A stretch of 64,000 bases of DNA from Candidatus Alloenteromonas pullicola (GTDB lineage: Bacteria > Bacillota_I > Bacilli_A > RFN20 > CAG-826): positions 6,648 through 70,647 of the forward strand of contig DVMV01000010.1 in the NCBI GenBank assembly GCA_018714785.1, in the 5' to 3' direction. The notes under the pieces are model-generated. The model was not told where the DNA came from. It worked only from the letters and a program-made list of their open reading frames with translations, and searched no databases. The translations under genes were made by a program, and so were the position numbers. Positions 1 to 11,314 of the stretch are shown piece by piece (the first letter of the stretch is position 1; each line of letters starts with the position of its first letter).

Positions 1-1919
1 GCATCGACCATCCTGGTTGGGAATGGGATGCGGATTATCTTGTCATGCGGGGGCAAATTAGGGTTTATGGCGCCTACGACTCGCTTTTCAGGTGCGGCTG
101 GGGCGGGCTCCTCTTCCTTCTTCTCCTCGACCGGGGCAGCAGCCGGGGCCGGGGTATTGACGACGACGGTGATGTTCGGGGTCGGGGCGGGGGCGGGCTC
201 CTCCTTCTTCTCCTCGACGACGACCGGCTTCTCCTCTTCCGGCTCCTTGACCAGCACGGTGACCGGGGCGACCTTCTCCTCCTTTATGGGGGCGGCGTCC
301 TGGATCTCCTGGCGGATGATGGAGCGGATCATGTCGGCGGTGATGCACGGCTCTTCTTCCTTGGGGGTTAGCTTGGAAACCTCATCGGCGACGATGGAGC
401 GGATGTCGTCGGCGGTTAGGACCGGCTTCTTCTCCTCCTCGGCGCGGCGGGCCTCCTCGGCCTTGCGGGTTTCCTCTAGCTGCTTGAGCAAGGCGGCGTG
501 CTTTTCCTCGGCTAGGCGCTTCTCGTCCTCGGCCTTCTTGGCCTCCTCGAGCTTGCGCTGCTCCTCGGCTTCCTTCGCGGCCTTCTCCTCAGCCTCGCGC
601 TGAAGCTGCTCAAGGGCTTCCTTGCGGGCCTGCTCTAGGGCTTTGAGTTTCTCTTCCTCGAGCTGCTTGGCCTTCTGCTCTTCCTCAAGCTTCTTCTTGG
701 CCTTCTCGTCCTGCTCGGCTTGGAAGGCATATAGCTCTTCCTTGATTATCTCGCGGACGTCGACCGGCTCGGGCTTCGGCTCGGGCTCGGGCTTCGGCTC
801 CTCCTTCTTGGAGGCGGCGATCTCCTCAGCGATTATCTTCCGGACGTCCTCGGCGGATAGGGCCGGCTCCGGCTCCGGTTCGACTAAGACATCGGACGGC
901 GGGTTGGCGGATTTGACTTCCTCGGAGACGATCTTGCGGACCTCCTCGGCGGTTAAGGCCGTCTTGGCGGCATCGGTCGAGGAGGGGACGGCGACGATGA
1001 CGGGCTGGGAAGCGGGCTTCTGCTTCTCCGCGAGCTCCTCCTTGACTATCTTGCGGATATCCTCGGCGGTTAACGGCTTCTCGCCAGAGATCGCGCCGGC
1101 GATCTCGGAGACGGGCACGTCTCCCTTCTTGTCCTGCTTGGCTTCGGGGGCATAGGTGTTGATGTATTGGACCAGCAATGGACCGGAGATGTGCGACCCG
1201 GCCGGGGCGGGAACGACGTTGGAGGCGGTGACCGGTCCAGCGACGACCGGGGTCCCGTCGGCCAAAGCGGTCGGGGCGGGCTTCTTCTCCTCCTCGACCT
1301 CGCGGGCATAGAGCCTATCGGTGGCGTAGGCCGCGGCGTCGGTCGGTATGAGGGCGGCCTTCTTGGGCTCCTGATAGCTGACGATATAGGCCATGTCAGT
1401 GATGATCGCGGCGATGCAGAGTATGGCGCCGACGAGCATCAGCAGAGGCGGGACTAGGCCAACGATGCCGCCGAGGATCCCGATGGTCTTGAAGTTGGCG
1501 ATCATGACGCCGACCCATCCGGCATCGGAGAATTTCTTCTCGGCGCCGTAGTTGACGACGTAGCCTTCCTCGGTGAACAGCAGCACGATGCAGTAGACGA
1601 TGACCGCGGACTCAATTAGGAAGACCAGGGTCTCAAGCAGCGAGAGCGGCTTTTTCTTGGCTATGATCAGGATGATGTGGACCAGCAGCAGGATCACTAG
1701 CAATCCAGCCGTGCCATAGAAGACGTAGTCGCTGCAGTAGAGCGTTCCGTCGAACGGCGCCTTGAGGGCCGTCAGCAAGAGGTCGAACTTGAAGATGTTC
1801 GAGATGTTGAGGTAGCTGCCAAGCCCGCCTATCATGTTGGGCAGGAAGTAGAAGAACACCAAACCTCCCGCTAACAGGATAAGGCCAATGATTGACAGAG
1901 CGGCAATTTTCTTTTTCAT
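1..1919 (-). CDS. Membrane protein, partial (3' end lies beyond the window). Multi-TM N-terminus followed by a long E/K/P-rich region with a repeated L-T-A-E-D-I-R-K-I-V-type motif.
   Basis: ATG at 1919 (MKKKIAALSIIGLILLAGGLVFFYF...). By manual reverse-complement translation the frame stays open to position 1, and it is missing from the ORF track only because no stop falls inside the window. Several hydrophobic helices in the first ~190 aa are followed by a coiled-coil-like EEKAKKKLEEEQKAKQLEEEKLK stretch. The plus-strand ORFs 28-603 and 622-1155 are its S/A/F-rich antisense mirror. Confidence 0.6.
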   Translation of the reverse strand, partial: MKKKIAALSIIGLILLAGGLVFFYFLPNMIGGLGSYLNISNIFKFDLLLTALKAPFDGTLYCSDYVFYGTAGLLVILLLVHIILIIAKKKPLSLLETLVFLIESAVIVYCIVLLFTEEGYVVNYGAEKKFSDAGWVGVMIANFKTIGILGGIVGLVPPLLMLVGAILCIAAIITDMAYIVSYQEPKKAALIPTDAAAYATDRLYAREVEEEKKPAPTALADGTPVVAGPVTASNVVPAPAGSHISGPLLVQYINTYAPEAKQDKKGDVPVSEIAGAISGEKPLTAEDIRKIVKEELAEKQKPASQPVIVAVPSSTDAAKTALTAEEVRKIVSEEVKSANPPSDVLVEPEPEPALSAEDVRKIIAEEIAASKKEEPKPEPEPKPEPVDVREIIKEELYAFQAEQDEKAKKKLEEEQKAKQLEEEKLKALEQARKEALEQLQREAEEKAAKEAEEQRKLEEAKKAEDEKRLAEEKHAALLKQLEETRKAEEARRAEEEKKPVLTADDIRSIVADEVSKLTPKEEEPCITADMIRSIIRQEIQDAAPIKEEKVAPVTVLVKEPEEEKPVVVEEKKEEPAPAPTPNITVVVNTPAPAAAPVEEKKEEEPAPAAPEKRVVGAINPNLPPHDKIIRIPFPTRMVD

Positions 1920-2005
1920 GTTTGCTTCCCTCCGCAAATATTCATTGCTTTACGCACATTGTAAACGCTGGGTGGGAAAAGCGGAAGGGGAAAATACCGC
2001 AAAAG

Positions 2006-2884
2006 TTAGCTAAAAGAGCCGGATAGGGCTTTATCGGAGCAATAAATGGTCATCTTGCCGCGCAGAATGCTGACCCTGACCTTGCCTTTCGGGCCGATTT
2101 CCCCATCGATGCACCAAGGGCCCGGGAAATCGCTTTCAATCGTCAAATCAGTAGCTTTTATCGGCGTTATTCGGTTCTTAGGGAAGTAATTTAGCAGGCC
2201 GTTGAACGCTCCCTTGGCGGTGATGAAAACCTCAAATTGACCATCGTTGACTGATCCTCGGCGGTTGACGGAGAACCCGCCGACCTTTTTGCCGTTTAGC
2301 AGCAGCAGAAACGGCGTTTCGGCCTCGATCGACTCTCCCGAGGGGAGGGTTAGCCTGACTTTGATGAGCTCGCGCCTGAATGATTCGGCCAAGGCCAGAT
2401 CGTAGTAGGCGAAGCGCCCCAAAATCCTTTTAAGTGACTTAGGCGCGCGATAGGCGATGCCGCTATAGGCGCCGATGGCTGCCATGTAGACGAAGTGCGA
2501 GGAGTTGATCTTGACGATGTCGACCTTCATCGTCTTGCCCCGCTGTATGGCCTTTAGCCCGGACCGAAGCCCCCGGCTGATGCCGAAGCTGCGCCCAACG
2601 TCGCCGAGGGTTCCGGCGTTTAGGAAGCCGATGGTCGGCATCTTTTCGAGCCCCGCCAAAGCGTCGATGGCGTGGTTGAAGGTGCCATCCCCGCCGGCGA
2701 CGATTACCGAATCGTACCCCGCCGCGGATCGCAGAAGGTCTCTCTTCCAGTCGTCATGCTCCTCTATGCGGAAAACATCAACCGAATCGAACGTTGAAGA
2801 AAGCCGCAATAAGGCCATATGTAACTGCCGCTTGCTCAATCTGTGCCCGGAGGCTCCGGAAAGGACAAAAAGGGCTTTCGGCAT
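2006..2884 (-). CDS. Diacylglycerol-kinase-family lipid kinase (YegS/DagK-like)
   Basis: 292 aa with the DAGK catalytic-domain signature VIVAGGDGTFNHAIDAL. Size and layout are typical of this family. Confidence 0.8.
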   Translation of the reverse strand: MPKALFVLSGASGHRLSKRQLHMALLRLSSTFDSVDVFRIEEHDDWKRDLLRSAAGYDSVIVAGGDGTFNHAIDALAGLEKMPTIGFLNAGTLGDVGRSFGISRGLRSGLKAIQRGKTMKVDIVKINSSHFVYMAAIGAYSGIAYRAPKSLKRILGRFAYYDLALAESFRRELIKVRLTLPSGESIEAETPFLLLLNGKKVGGFSVNRRGSVNDGQFEVFITAKGAFNGLLNYFPKNRITPIKATDLTIESDFPGPWCIDGEIGPKGKVRVSILRGKMTIYCSDKALSGSFS

Positions 2885-2895
2885 ACGATTCTAGT

Positions 2896-4509
<1,614 letters not shown>

Positions 4510-4593
4510 TGGATTGCTCCGCTTAAACTAGAAAATTGTATTACCAACGAAAGGCTTAAAGAAGAATGAATCGGACGATATTTGGACTATGTC

Positions 4594-6828
4594 CTAATCT
4601 TCCAGGATAAATGGCCTAGCCATCGGCTCCTCGCCGGGCCTGGAAATCTCGATGTTCTTGTAATGTGTCTTGATTCCAAGGTGGACGGGGATGACGCACA
4701 CCCCGTTCTCCTCGCTGGCCCTAATGAGGAAAAGGTTGTACTCCCCCTTCTTATACCCAAGCCCATCTCCTTCGTCCTCATAGTGATAGCAGGCGGCCTC
4801 ATCGCCGGTCCAGATCAGGCGGAGGGTAGAGGGGAAATCGGTGGTCTTCGTCCCCTTGGGGTTAGCCGCGATGATCGAATGGGCGCGGATGAATAGCGGG
4901 ACGTTCCCGATGCCGACATCGATGAGATGATGGCCCTTTGCGAGTTTTTCGCCGGTGAAGTAGGAATAGAAATCGTCCGGGAAGTAGGCCGATCTCGTCT
5001 TCTCACCCGGGAATAAAGACGGGGCCAAAAGCAAAGAATCGGAGAGCATGATCTCGGTATTCTCGTCATAGACCTCGGGATCGTCGGGGAAGTTATAGAC
5101 AAGCGGGCGCAATACGGCCAATCCGCTCGATTCGTGCAGGAACAGCGAATCGTATATGGTCGGGATGAGCTCATAGCGCGTCAATATCGCCTTCCGGTAG
5201 GCCGCAAGGAACTCGCCATGAAGCGTATAAGGCTCCTGGTGTTTGGTCCCTAGCGAGGAGTGGTTGCGGTATAGCGGGTTGAATATGGCGGCCGTCGCCC
5301 ATTTGGCCAGCAGCTCGGGCGTGGAATCCCCGCCGAAGCCTCCGATGTCGTTGCCGACGTTGGCGACTCCCGACATCGACATGTTGGATAGCTGCGGGAT
5401 CATAAGCCGCATATGCTCATAGATCGACTGGTTGTCGCCGGTCCACATGGTCGAGTAGCGGGCGGTGCCGGCGTAGGCCGCCCTGGTGATGATGTAGGGC
5501 CGGCGTCCGGCTTTCTGAAAGCCAATATAGGTCGCCTCGTCCATGAGATGGCCATAGATGTTGTGGCAAAGCGAATGCGGCAAGCCGCCCATGTCGACGT
5601 CTAGCGGCAACGGCCCCTTGAAGGAAGCCGGCTCGTTCATGTCGTTCCAGATGCCTGAGGCTCCGGATTCCAATTGCCTCGCGACCCAATCGCCCCACCA
5701 TTGCCTGACCTCTTCCTTGTAGAAGGCGGGAAAGACCGAATCCCCCGGCCAGACCTCGTTGTGGTACACCTCGCCGTTTTGGGTGCAGAAATAGCCTTTC
5801 TCAATCCCCTGGTCGTATACCTCATATCCCGGCAGGGCCTTCACCCCGGCATCGATGATGGTGACCAGGTGCACTCCTTTGCCCAATACCGAGGCGGCCC
5901 AATCCTTGAAATCCGGGAACCGCTTGGAATCGACGGTGAAATCCATGTAGCGGTCCATGTAGTCGATGTCGAGGTGCACGCAGGAAAGCGGGATGTCGGC
6001 CTCCTCGTATCCTTTGATTACCGCCTCGACCTCCTCCTTGCTGGAGTATGACCAGCGCGACTGCTGCGCGCCCAATGCCCATCTTGGCGGAAGCGGGTTG
6101 CGGCCCACGATGGAGGTGTAGTCGGCGATGACGTCGGGCATCGAGCCGAAGAAGCAATACATGTCCAGCCCGCCTAGGGAAAAGTCATAGCTAACCAGCC
6201 TCTCATCTTCCTTGTTGAAGTCGAAATGGCACTTGGAGGTGTTATCCATGAACACCCCGACCGAATCCTCGCCATGGAACATCAGGAAGAACGGAATGGA
6301 CTTATAAAGCGATTTGTACGTGTCGACGTGGGCGCTCGGGTCGTCGGTGTTCCAGTTGATGTAGTCGTATCCGCGCTTATCCAGAGGCCCCGTCTTGTCG
6401 CCTAGCCCGTAGATCGGGGAATCGTTTATGAAAGACACGCCGCCTTGGTATTCATCGCCTTTGTTGGACTCGTGCCCCTCCTTCTCCATTAGCGAGAGGT
6501 CGCGCTCATCCTTTCCCAATACATGAGGGGCCATCTGCAGGCAAAGCTTGCCGCGGAAATACACCTTTAAGCGCAGCGCCCCATCGAAATGGAGCCGGAG
6601 GTCTCCGAATGAGGCCTCGTTGCCTTTTACCTCCACTTCGTCTTTCGCATTGGCCAATTTGCCAACGCAGGCGGAGGGAAGCGAATCCGCCTTATGAAGC
6701 CGGAAGCAGACCGGGGAAAGGAAAAGGAGCCGGTATTCGCCGGCGTCGTCGAGCAGTTTTATCTCGCCCGAGGGAAGTTTGATCATGTCCATATCGACAT
6801 TATCCAACAAAGTAGCCCGGCGAGCCAC
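4594..6828 (-). CDS. Glycoside hydrolase family 31 alpha-glucosidase
   Basis: 744 aa with the GH31 nucleophile region GIWNDMNEP and overall GH31-like sequence. The start is ambiguous: GTG at 6828 directly abuts an upstream terminator, and ATG at 6792 is the alternative. Confidence 0.85.
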   Translation of the reverse strand: MARRATLLDNVDMDMIKLPSGEIKLLDDAGEYRLLFLSPVCFRLHKADSLPSACVGKLANAKDEVEVKGNEASFGDLRLHFDGALRLKVYFRGKLCLQMAPHVLGKDERDLSLMEKEGHESNKGDEYQGGVSFINDSPIYGLGDKTGPLDKRGYDYINWNTDDPSAHVDTYKSLYKSIPFFLMFHGEDSVGVFMDNTSKCHFDFNKEDERLVSYDFSLGGLDMYCFFGSMPDVIADYTSIVGRNPLPPRWALGAQQSRWSYSSKEEVEAVIKGYEEADIPLSCVHLDIDYMDRYMDFTVDSKRFPDFKDWAASVLGKGVHLVTIIDAGVKALPGYEVYDQGIEKGYFCTQNGEVYHNEVWPGDSVFPAFYKEEVRQWWGDWVARQLESGASGIWNDMNEPASFKGPLPLDVDMGGLPHSLCHNIYGHLMDEATYIGFQKAGRRPYIITRAAYAGTARYSTMWTGDNQSIYEHMRLMIPQLSNMSMSGVANVGNDIGGFGGDSTPELLAKWATAAIFNPLYRNHSSLGTKHQEPYTLHGEFLAAYRKAILTRYELIPTIYDSLFLHESSGLAVLRPLVYNFPDDPEVYDENTEIMLSDSLLLAPSLFPGEKTRSAYFPDDFYSYFTGEKLAKGHHLIDVGIGNVPLFIRAHSIIAANPKGTKTTDFPSTLRLIWTGDEAACYHYEDEGDGLGYKKGEYNLFLIRASEENGVCVIPVHLGIKTHYKNIEISRPGEEPMARPFILED

Positions 6829-6829
6829 G

Positions 6830-6853
6830 AAAAAAGCCCAGGTTGCCCTGGGC
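6830..6853 (-). terminator. Rho-independent terminator downstream of tRNA-Glu
   Basis: On the minus strand: GCCCAGGGCAACCTGGGC hairpin followed by TTTTTT. Confidence 0.5.
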
Positions 6854-6864
6854 TAATTTCCTTT

Positions 6865-6939
6865 TGGTGACCCCAGCTGGAGTCGAACCAGCCATTGAAC
6901 CTTGAGAGGGTTCCGTCTTAACCGATTGACCATGGGGCC
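6865..6939 (-). tRNA. tRNA-Glu (anticodon CUC)
   Basis: The reverse complement GGCCCCATGGTCAATCGGTTAAGACGGAACCCTCTCAAGGTTC...GGTTCGACTCCAGCTGGGGTCACCA folds as a cloverleaf. Acceptor GGCCCCA/TGGGGTC, anticodon loop CTCTCAA, encoded CCA end. Confidence 0.85.
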
Positions 6940-7002
6940 GACGGGGTCAAGGCATATTTAACTACGTTGCCCGCCCCATATCAAGAAAAATCTAAGCGAG
7001 GT

Positions 7003-8664
7003 TTATAGGCTCTCGGAGACTTTGCCTAGCCTATAGGCTACTTCGTCCTTGCCCAATATCTCGAGGACCTCGTGGAGGTTCGGGGACTGGGTGGAGCCAG
7101 TTATGGCAAGGCGCAGCAGCTCGGCGCAATCGGAAATCGAGCCGGTGTAGGCGTCCGGATTGGCCTTGTAGTCCTTGTTGGAGATGGCGAAGCCGAACGA
7201 CTCGCCGATCCTCTTCACGCCGTTCCACCAAGTGGCTTCGTCGACGCCGAATTCCATCTTGTCGGATAGCTCGGCGAGGACCTTCTTGATGGTCGAATGG
7301 TCGACTTTGTCGGAGAAGGGGATGCCGTTTGCGGCGATTTTCTCCCATTCGTCGCGGAAGAAGTAGCGGATGAGCGGGTAGATGTCGCTGTATTTGGCGT
7401 AGTCTTTGCGCGGGGTCTTGCGGTCCTTCTCGATGTTTAGTATCCGCTTGACGTATTCCGGCTCCTTCTGTATGCGGGCAAAGAACTCCGCATCGTGGGC
7501 CTTGGCATAGGAGCTGACCTCGACGAACAGCTCATCCAGCGGCAACGAGGCGATGACCTCCTTGCCGAAGTAGTTGAGCTTGCCCTCGTCGAATAGCGCC
7601 CCATCCATGGATATCTTCTTGATTGTGAAGGGGAAGGCGCTTAGGTCGAAGCTCTTGTGGGCGATGGACCACTCCTCGAAGTTGGAGTTGGCGATCGACA
7701 TCAAATAGACGAGCAGCGCCCGCGGGCAATATCCCATGTCGAGGAAGTAGCTGACGGCCGCCTCGGGGTCCTTGCGCTTGCTGAGCTTGCGCTTGTTGCC
7801 GTGGTCGAGCTTCATGATCGACGGGATATGGGCGTATTTGGGGGCCTTCCATCCGAGGGCGCGGAACATATCGAGATGGATCGGTGTCGAGGGGATCCAC
7901 TCCTCGCCGCGGGTGATGATGGTGGTCCGCATGAAGTGGTCGTCGCAGACGTGGGCAAAATGGTAAGTCGGCAATCCGTCGGACTTCAAGATGACTACGT
8001 CGGTGTCGTTGTCCTGCAGCTCGATCTCGCCGCGGATGGCGTCGACGAACTTGGTCTTCCGGTCGTGGTTGCCGTTGCTGCGGAAGCGGATGACCCACGG
8101 GGTGCCCTCCTTGATGCGCTTCATCCGCTCCTCGACGCTTAGGTTGCGGTCGCGGGCGTAGTCGCCGTAGTATCCGGGGAGGATCTTGTTGGCTTCCTGG
8201 AACTTGCGGATGGCGTCGAGGTCCTCGGGGGTGCAGAAGTCCGGATAGGCGCGCCCTCGCTTAATGAGCTCTTTGATCACCGCGCGGTAGATGTCCTTGC
8301 GCTTGCTCTGTTGGTAGGGGCCGTACTCGCCTTTGTCCCCATCGGGGAAATACCCCTCATCGGCCACGATGCCGAATTCGGCAAGCTCGCGGATGAGCAA
8401 ATCGCCGCTGCCTTCGATGGTGCGCTTGGTGTCGGTGTCCTCGAGGCGGAAGAAATAAACCCCGCCGCTCTTCTTGGCGATGGTGTAGCTTATCAAGGCG
8501 GTGAATAGCGATCCGGTGTGCAGAAACCCGGTCGGAGAAGGGGCGAAGCGGGTCACCTGGGCGCCTTCGGGCAATTGCCGGGCGGGGTAGCGCTTCTCAA
8601 GGTCATCGATCGTCAGGGTGACGTCGGGGAACAGCAGTTCGGCTAGATCTTCGTTAGTGGGCAT
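7003..8664 (-). CDS. gltX: Glutamate--tRNA ligase
   Basis: 553 aa class I aaRS. HIGH-type motif (PSPTGFLHTGS), KMSKS-type motif (KLSKRK), and FAHVCDDHFMRTTIITRGEEW typical of GluRS. Confidence 0.85.
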   Translation of the reverse strand: MPTNEDLAELLFPDVTLTIDDLEKRYPARQLPEGAQVTRFAPSPTGFLHTGSLFTALISYTIAKKSGGVYFFRLEDTDTKRTIEGSGDLLIRELAEFGIVADEGYFPDGDKGEYGPYQQSKRKDIYRAVIKELIKRGRAYPDFCTPEDLDAIRKFQEANKILPGYYGDYARDRNLSVEERMKRIKEGTPWVIRFRSNGNHDRKTKFVDAIRGEIELQDNDTDVVILKSDGLPTYHFAHVCDDHFMRTTIITRGEEWIPSTPIHLDMFRALGWKAPKYAHIPSIMKLDHGNKRKLSKRKDPEAAVSYFLDMGYCPRALLVYLMSIANSNFEEWSIAHKSFDLSAFPFTIKKISMDGALFDEGKLNYFGKEVIASLPLDELFVEVSSYAKAHDAEFFARIQKEPEYVKRILNIEKDRKTPRKDYAKYSDIYPLIRYFFRDEWEKIAANGIPFSDKVDHSTIKKVLAELSDKMEFGVDEATWWNGVKRIGESFGFAISNKDYKANPDAYTGSISDCAELLRLAITGSTQSPNLHEVLEILGKDEVAYRLGKVSESL

Positions 8665-8721
8665 AAAAGGCCTCCGTAAAAGTCCGTCGAGATTATATTA
8701 CCCCAAAGGGCAATCTTCCAC

Positions 8722-8751
8722 TTGAATCGCGTTGCGGTAGGTGCTTATAAT
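8722..8751 (+). promoter_or_regulatory. Sigma70-like promoter for tRNA-Gly(GCC)
   Basis: TTGAAT (8722-8727), 18-nt spacer, TATAAT (8746-8751), about 21 nt upstream of the tRNA 5' end. Confidence 0.45.
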
Positions 8752-8772
8752 ACACAAGCCCGAAAGGGAAGC

Positions 8773-8846
8773 GCAGGCGTAGTTCAATGGTAGAACATTA
8801 CCTTGCCAAGGTAAATACACGGGTTCGATTCCCGCCGCTTGCTCCA
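8773..8846 (+). tRNA. tRNA-Gly (anticodon GCC)
   Basis: GCAGGCGTAGTTCAATGGTAGAACATTACCTTGCCAAGGTAA...GGGTTCGATTCCCGCCGCTTGCTCCA. Acceptor GCAGGCG/CGCTTGC, anticodon loop TTGCCAA, encoded CCA end. Confidence 0.85.
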
Positions 8847-8853
8847 TCACGAT

Positions 8854-8886
8854 AAAACCCCCGATTCGCTCGGGGTTTTATTTTTG
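8854..8886 (+). terminator. Rho-independent terminator after tRNA-Gly
   Basis: AAAACCCCCGA-ttcgc-TCGGGGTTTT hairpin followed by a T-rich run. Confidence 0.55.
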
Positions 8887-8943
8887 CTTAGTGCCATATT
8901 ATTAAAACGCGCGCAAATCGATATAATACGGGCGAGGTCACTT

Positions 8944-9915
8944 ATGATAGATTTGCACTTACACCTAGACGGGGCGCTATCCGAAGAGGAGCTGCGCCAT
9001 CTTTGCCTTCTCAACCACCGCGATCCAAGCGAGGTCGATCACGGCAAATTCAAAGCCAATCCCGACAACGGCAGGGACGATTGGGTCGATTGCTTCGACT
9101 TCCCCTGCTCATTGCTGCAGACGGCCGAGTCGCTCACCTACGCGACCTATTCGCTTTTCAGGAGGCTATCCGAGCAGGGATTGCTCTACGCCGAGGTCAG
9201 GTTCGCCCCGCAGCTCCACCTGAAGCAGGGCATGGGGATGGATCAGGTCGTCATGGCCGCCATCGCGGGTCTAGAGGCCGCCAAGCTCGAGACCAAAATG
9301 GCTGGGCAGCTCATCCTCTGCGCTATGACCAACTGCCCCGACCCAAAGCTCAACATGGACACCGTCTTGGTCGCCGAGCGGTTCCTCGGCAAAGGGGTAT
9401 GCGCCATCGACCTGGCCGGCCCCGAAGGCATCCACCACATCGATTACTACAAGGACATATTCGACAAAGCCAACGAGCTCGGCGTGCCCATCACCATCCA
9501 CTCCGACCACAAGTTCGGCCCGGTGACCATCTGGGAGTCGATCAAGCTCGGTGCCAGGCGGATCGGCCATGGGTTCGACGCCATCGACGACGAGATGCTA
9601 ACGAGCTTTTTGGCCAACACCGGCATCCCGCTGGAGCTCTGCCCCACCTCCGAGGTCACCTATGGCCCCTTCGATTCCTATGCCCAGTTCACTCTGAAGA
9701 GGCTTTTGGACGCCGGGGTCAAGGTCACCATAAACACCGATGACCCGACCGTCTTCGGCTGCGACCTAAAGGGCGAGTACTCGATAATGGAGAAGACCTT
9801 CGGCCTCACCAAGGACGAGGTCAAGAAGATCATGCACAACGCCGTCGACGCCGCCTTCCTCGACGCCGATCAGCAGGCATACCTAAGGGAATTGGTCGAT
9901 GAGCGCCTCCGCTGA
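8944..9915 (+). CDS. add: Adenosine deaminase
   Basis: N-terminal metal-binding motif MIDLHLHLDGAL, plus ITIHSDH and INTDDP motifs. I chose the ATG at 8944 (GAGG 7 nt upstream) because the longer tracked ORF would run through the tRNA and its terminator. Confidence 0.85.
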   Translation: MIDLHLHLDGALSEEELRHLCLLNHRDPSEVDHGKFKANPDNGRDDWVDCFDFPCSLLQTAESLTYATYSLFRRLSEQGLLYAEVRFAPQLHLKQGMGMDQVVMAAIAGLEAAKLETKMAGQLILCAMTNCPDPKLNMDTVLVAERFLGKGVCAIDLAGPEGIHHIDYYKDIFDKANELGVPITIHSDHKFGPVTIWESIKLGARRIGHGFDAIDDEMLTSFLANTGIPLELCPTSEVTYGPFDSYAQFTLKRLLDAGVKVTINTDDPTVFGCDLKGEYSIMEKTFGLTKDEVKKIMHNAVDAAFLDADQQAYLRELVDERLR

Positions 9916-11314
9916 GCCGATATCGCGTTTTGAGAAGGTCTTCGGCGCCTACCGCGGCAAAGGGAACAAGAAGCTTGACCTTCTCGGCGGGCTCGTCACC
10001 TTCCTGGCGATGTGCTACATACTGCCGGTCAACGCCTCGATACTCTCGCAGTCCGGCATGGATCCGCTCGGGGTGTTCGCCTCGACCGCCTTGGTCTCTG
10101 GCATCGCCACGCTGTTGATGTCGATGCTTGGCAAGGCGCCGATCGCCTTGAGCGCCGGGATGGGGCTAAACGCCTTCTTCACCTACACCGTCTGCGGGAT
10201 GCTTGGCTTCTCCTGGCAGGAAGGCATGATCCTGCTCACCGTCTCCGGGGTGCTATTCCTAATCATGTCGATTACCAAGGTGAGGCTTTTCATAGTCAAT
10301 TCCTTCCCTAAGGACGTCAAGCACGCCATCTCGGCCGGACTGGGCGCTTTCCTGGCCTTCATCGGGCTGAAAGGCGCGGGTATAGTCGCCGACAGCGAAT
10401 CGACATTGGTCACCCTCGGCGACCTGTCGCAGCCTAGCGTCATCCTCTCGGTGGCGGGCATCTTCTTCGTCTTCTTCCTCTCCAACCTCAAGACGAAGTC
10501 CAAGCTCTTCTCCTACCTCTCGCTCCCCATATCCATGCTCCTATTGGCCTTGGTCGGCTATTTCATGACCCTAGGCGGGGTCAACGACCCGATGCTCCCC
10601 AACGTCGATTGGGGCGCCAACTGGGGGATCGTCAATTACGAGAAGGTCTTCATGTACGGGGTGTTCGATCCCGCCAATTCCGGCATGGATTTCCCCGCAA
10701 TGCTCGCGGATGTATTCTCAAATCCGCTCTCCTACGCCGCTTTGATATCGCTTCTGCTGGTAAATCTATTCGACACCACCGCCACCTTGCTCGCCTGCGG
10801 GGCCGAGGCGGAGATACTCGACGAGAAGGGGAACCTGCAGTCGAACGGTCCGGTGCTCGCCGACGCAATCGGATCGGCCATCTGCGCCCCGCTTGGGACC
10901 TCGACCGTCACGAGCTTCGCCGAATCCTCGGTCGGAATAAAGACCGGGGCCAGGACCGGTTTCGCCTCCTTGCTGACCGGAACCCTGTTCATCCTCTCGG
11001 CTTTCCTCTACCCGGTGTTCGAGCTCTTCTCCTCATCCTGCGTCTCCTCCGCCGCGTTGGTCAGCGTCGGCGGACTCATATTCTCCTCGAACATGAGGAA
11101 AATAGACTTCTCGGAGGCCGAGAACGGCTTCTGCGCCTTCCTATCGGTCTTGATGATAGTGCTGACCTACTCGCTGACAACCGGCATCGCCTTCGGCTTG
11201 CTCTCCTACGTGGTGATAGCCGTGGCCCGTGGCAAAGCCAAAAAGCTCGGCTGGATGGTGTATCTGGTCGCCTTCCTTCTGTTGGCGTCTTTGGTGATAA
11301 CCGCGATAGTCTAG
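9899..11314 (+). CDS. NCS2/AzgA-type purine (adenine/guanine/hypoxanthine) permease
   Basis: 471 aa polytopic membrane protein whose N-terminus (FEKVFGAYRGKGNKKLDLLGGLVTFLAMCYILPVN) is typical of the family. It overlaps add by 17 nt and sits in a purine-salvage context. Confidence 0.8.
   Translation: MSASAEPISRFEKVFGAYRGKGNKKLDLLGGLVTFLAMCYILPVNASILSQSGMDPLGVFASTALVSGIATLLMSMLGKAPIALSAGMGLNAFFTYTVCGMLGFSWQEGMILLTVSGVLFLIMSITKVRLFIVNSFPKDVKHAISAGLGAFLAFIGLKGAGIVADSESTLVTLGDLSQPSVILSVAGIFFVFFLSNLKTKSKLFSYLSLPISMLLLALVGYFMTLGGVNDPMLPNVDWGANWGIVNYEKVFMYGVFDPANSGMDFPAMLADVFSNPLSYAALISLLLVNLFDTTATLLACGAEAEILDEKGNLQSNGPVLADAIGSAICAPLGTSTVTSFAESSVGIKTGARTGFASLLTGTLFILSAFLYPVFELFSSSCVSSAALVSVGGLIFSSNMRKIDFSEAENGFCAFLSVLMIVLTYSLTTGIAFGLLSYVVIAVARGKAKKLGWMVYLVAFLLLASLVITAIV

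Noticed and set aside
28-1457. Plus-strand ORFs (28-603, 45-371, 622-1155, 1167-1457) and short minus-strand ORFs at the left edge
   Set aside because: Their S/A/F/G-rich or R/P-rich translations are the mirror or shifted frames of the E/K/A/P-rich repeat protein encoded on the minus strand (1-1919), which has a proper ATG, TM helices and periodic motifs.
8665-8772. Possible T-box leader upstream of gltX
   Set aside because: Only ~105 nt separate gltX from the divergent tRNA-Gly promoter. I saw no T-box consensus (AAUUAGGGUGGUACCGCG-like) or terminator/antiterminator pair, and the region is too short for a T-box.
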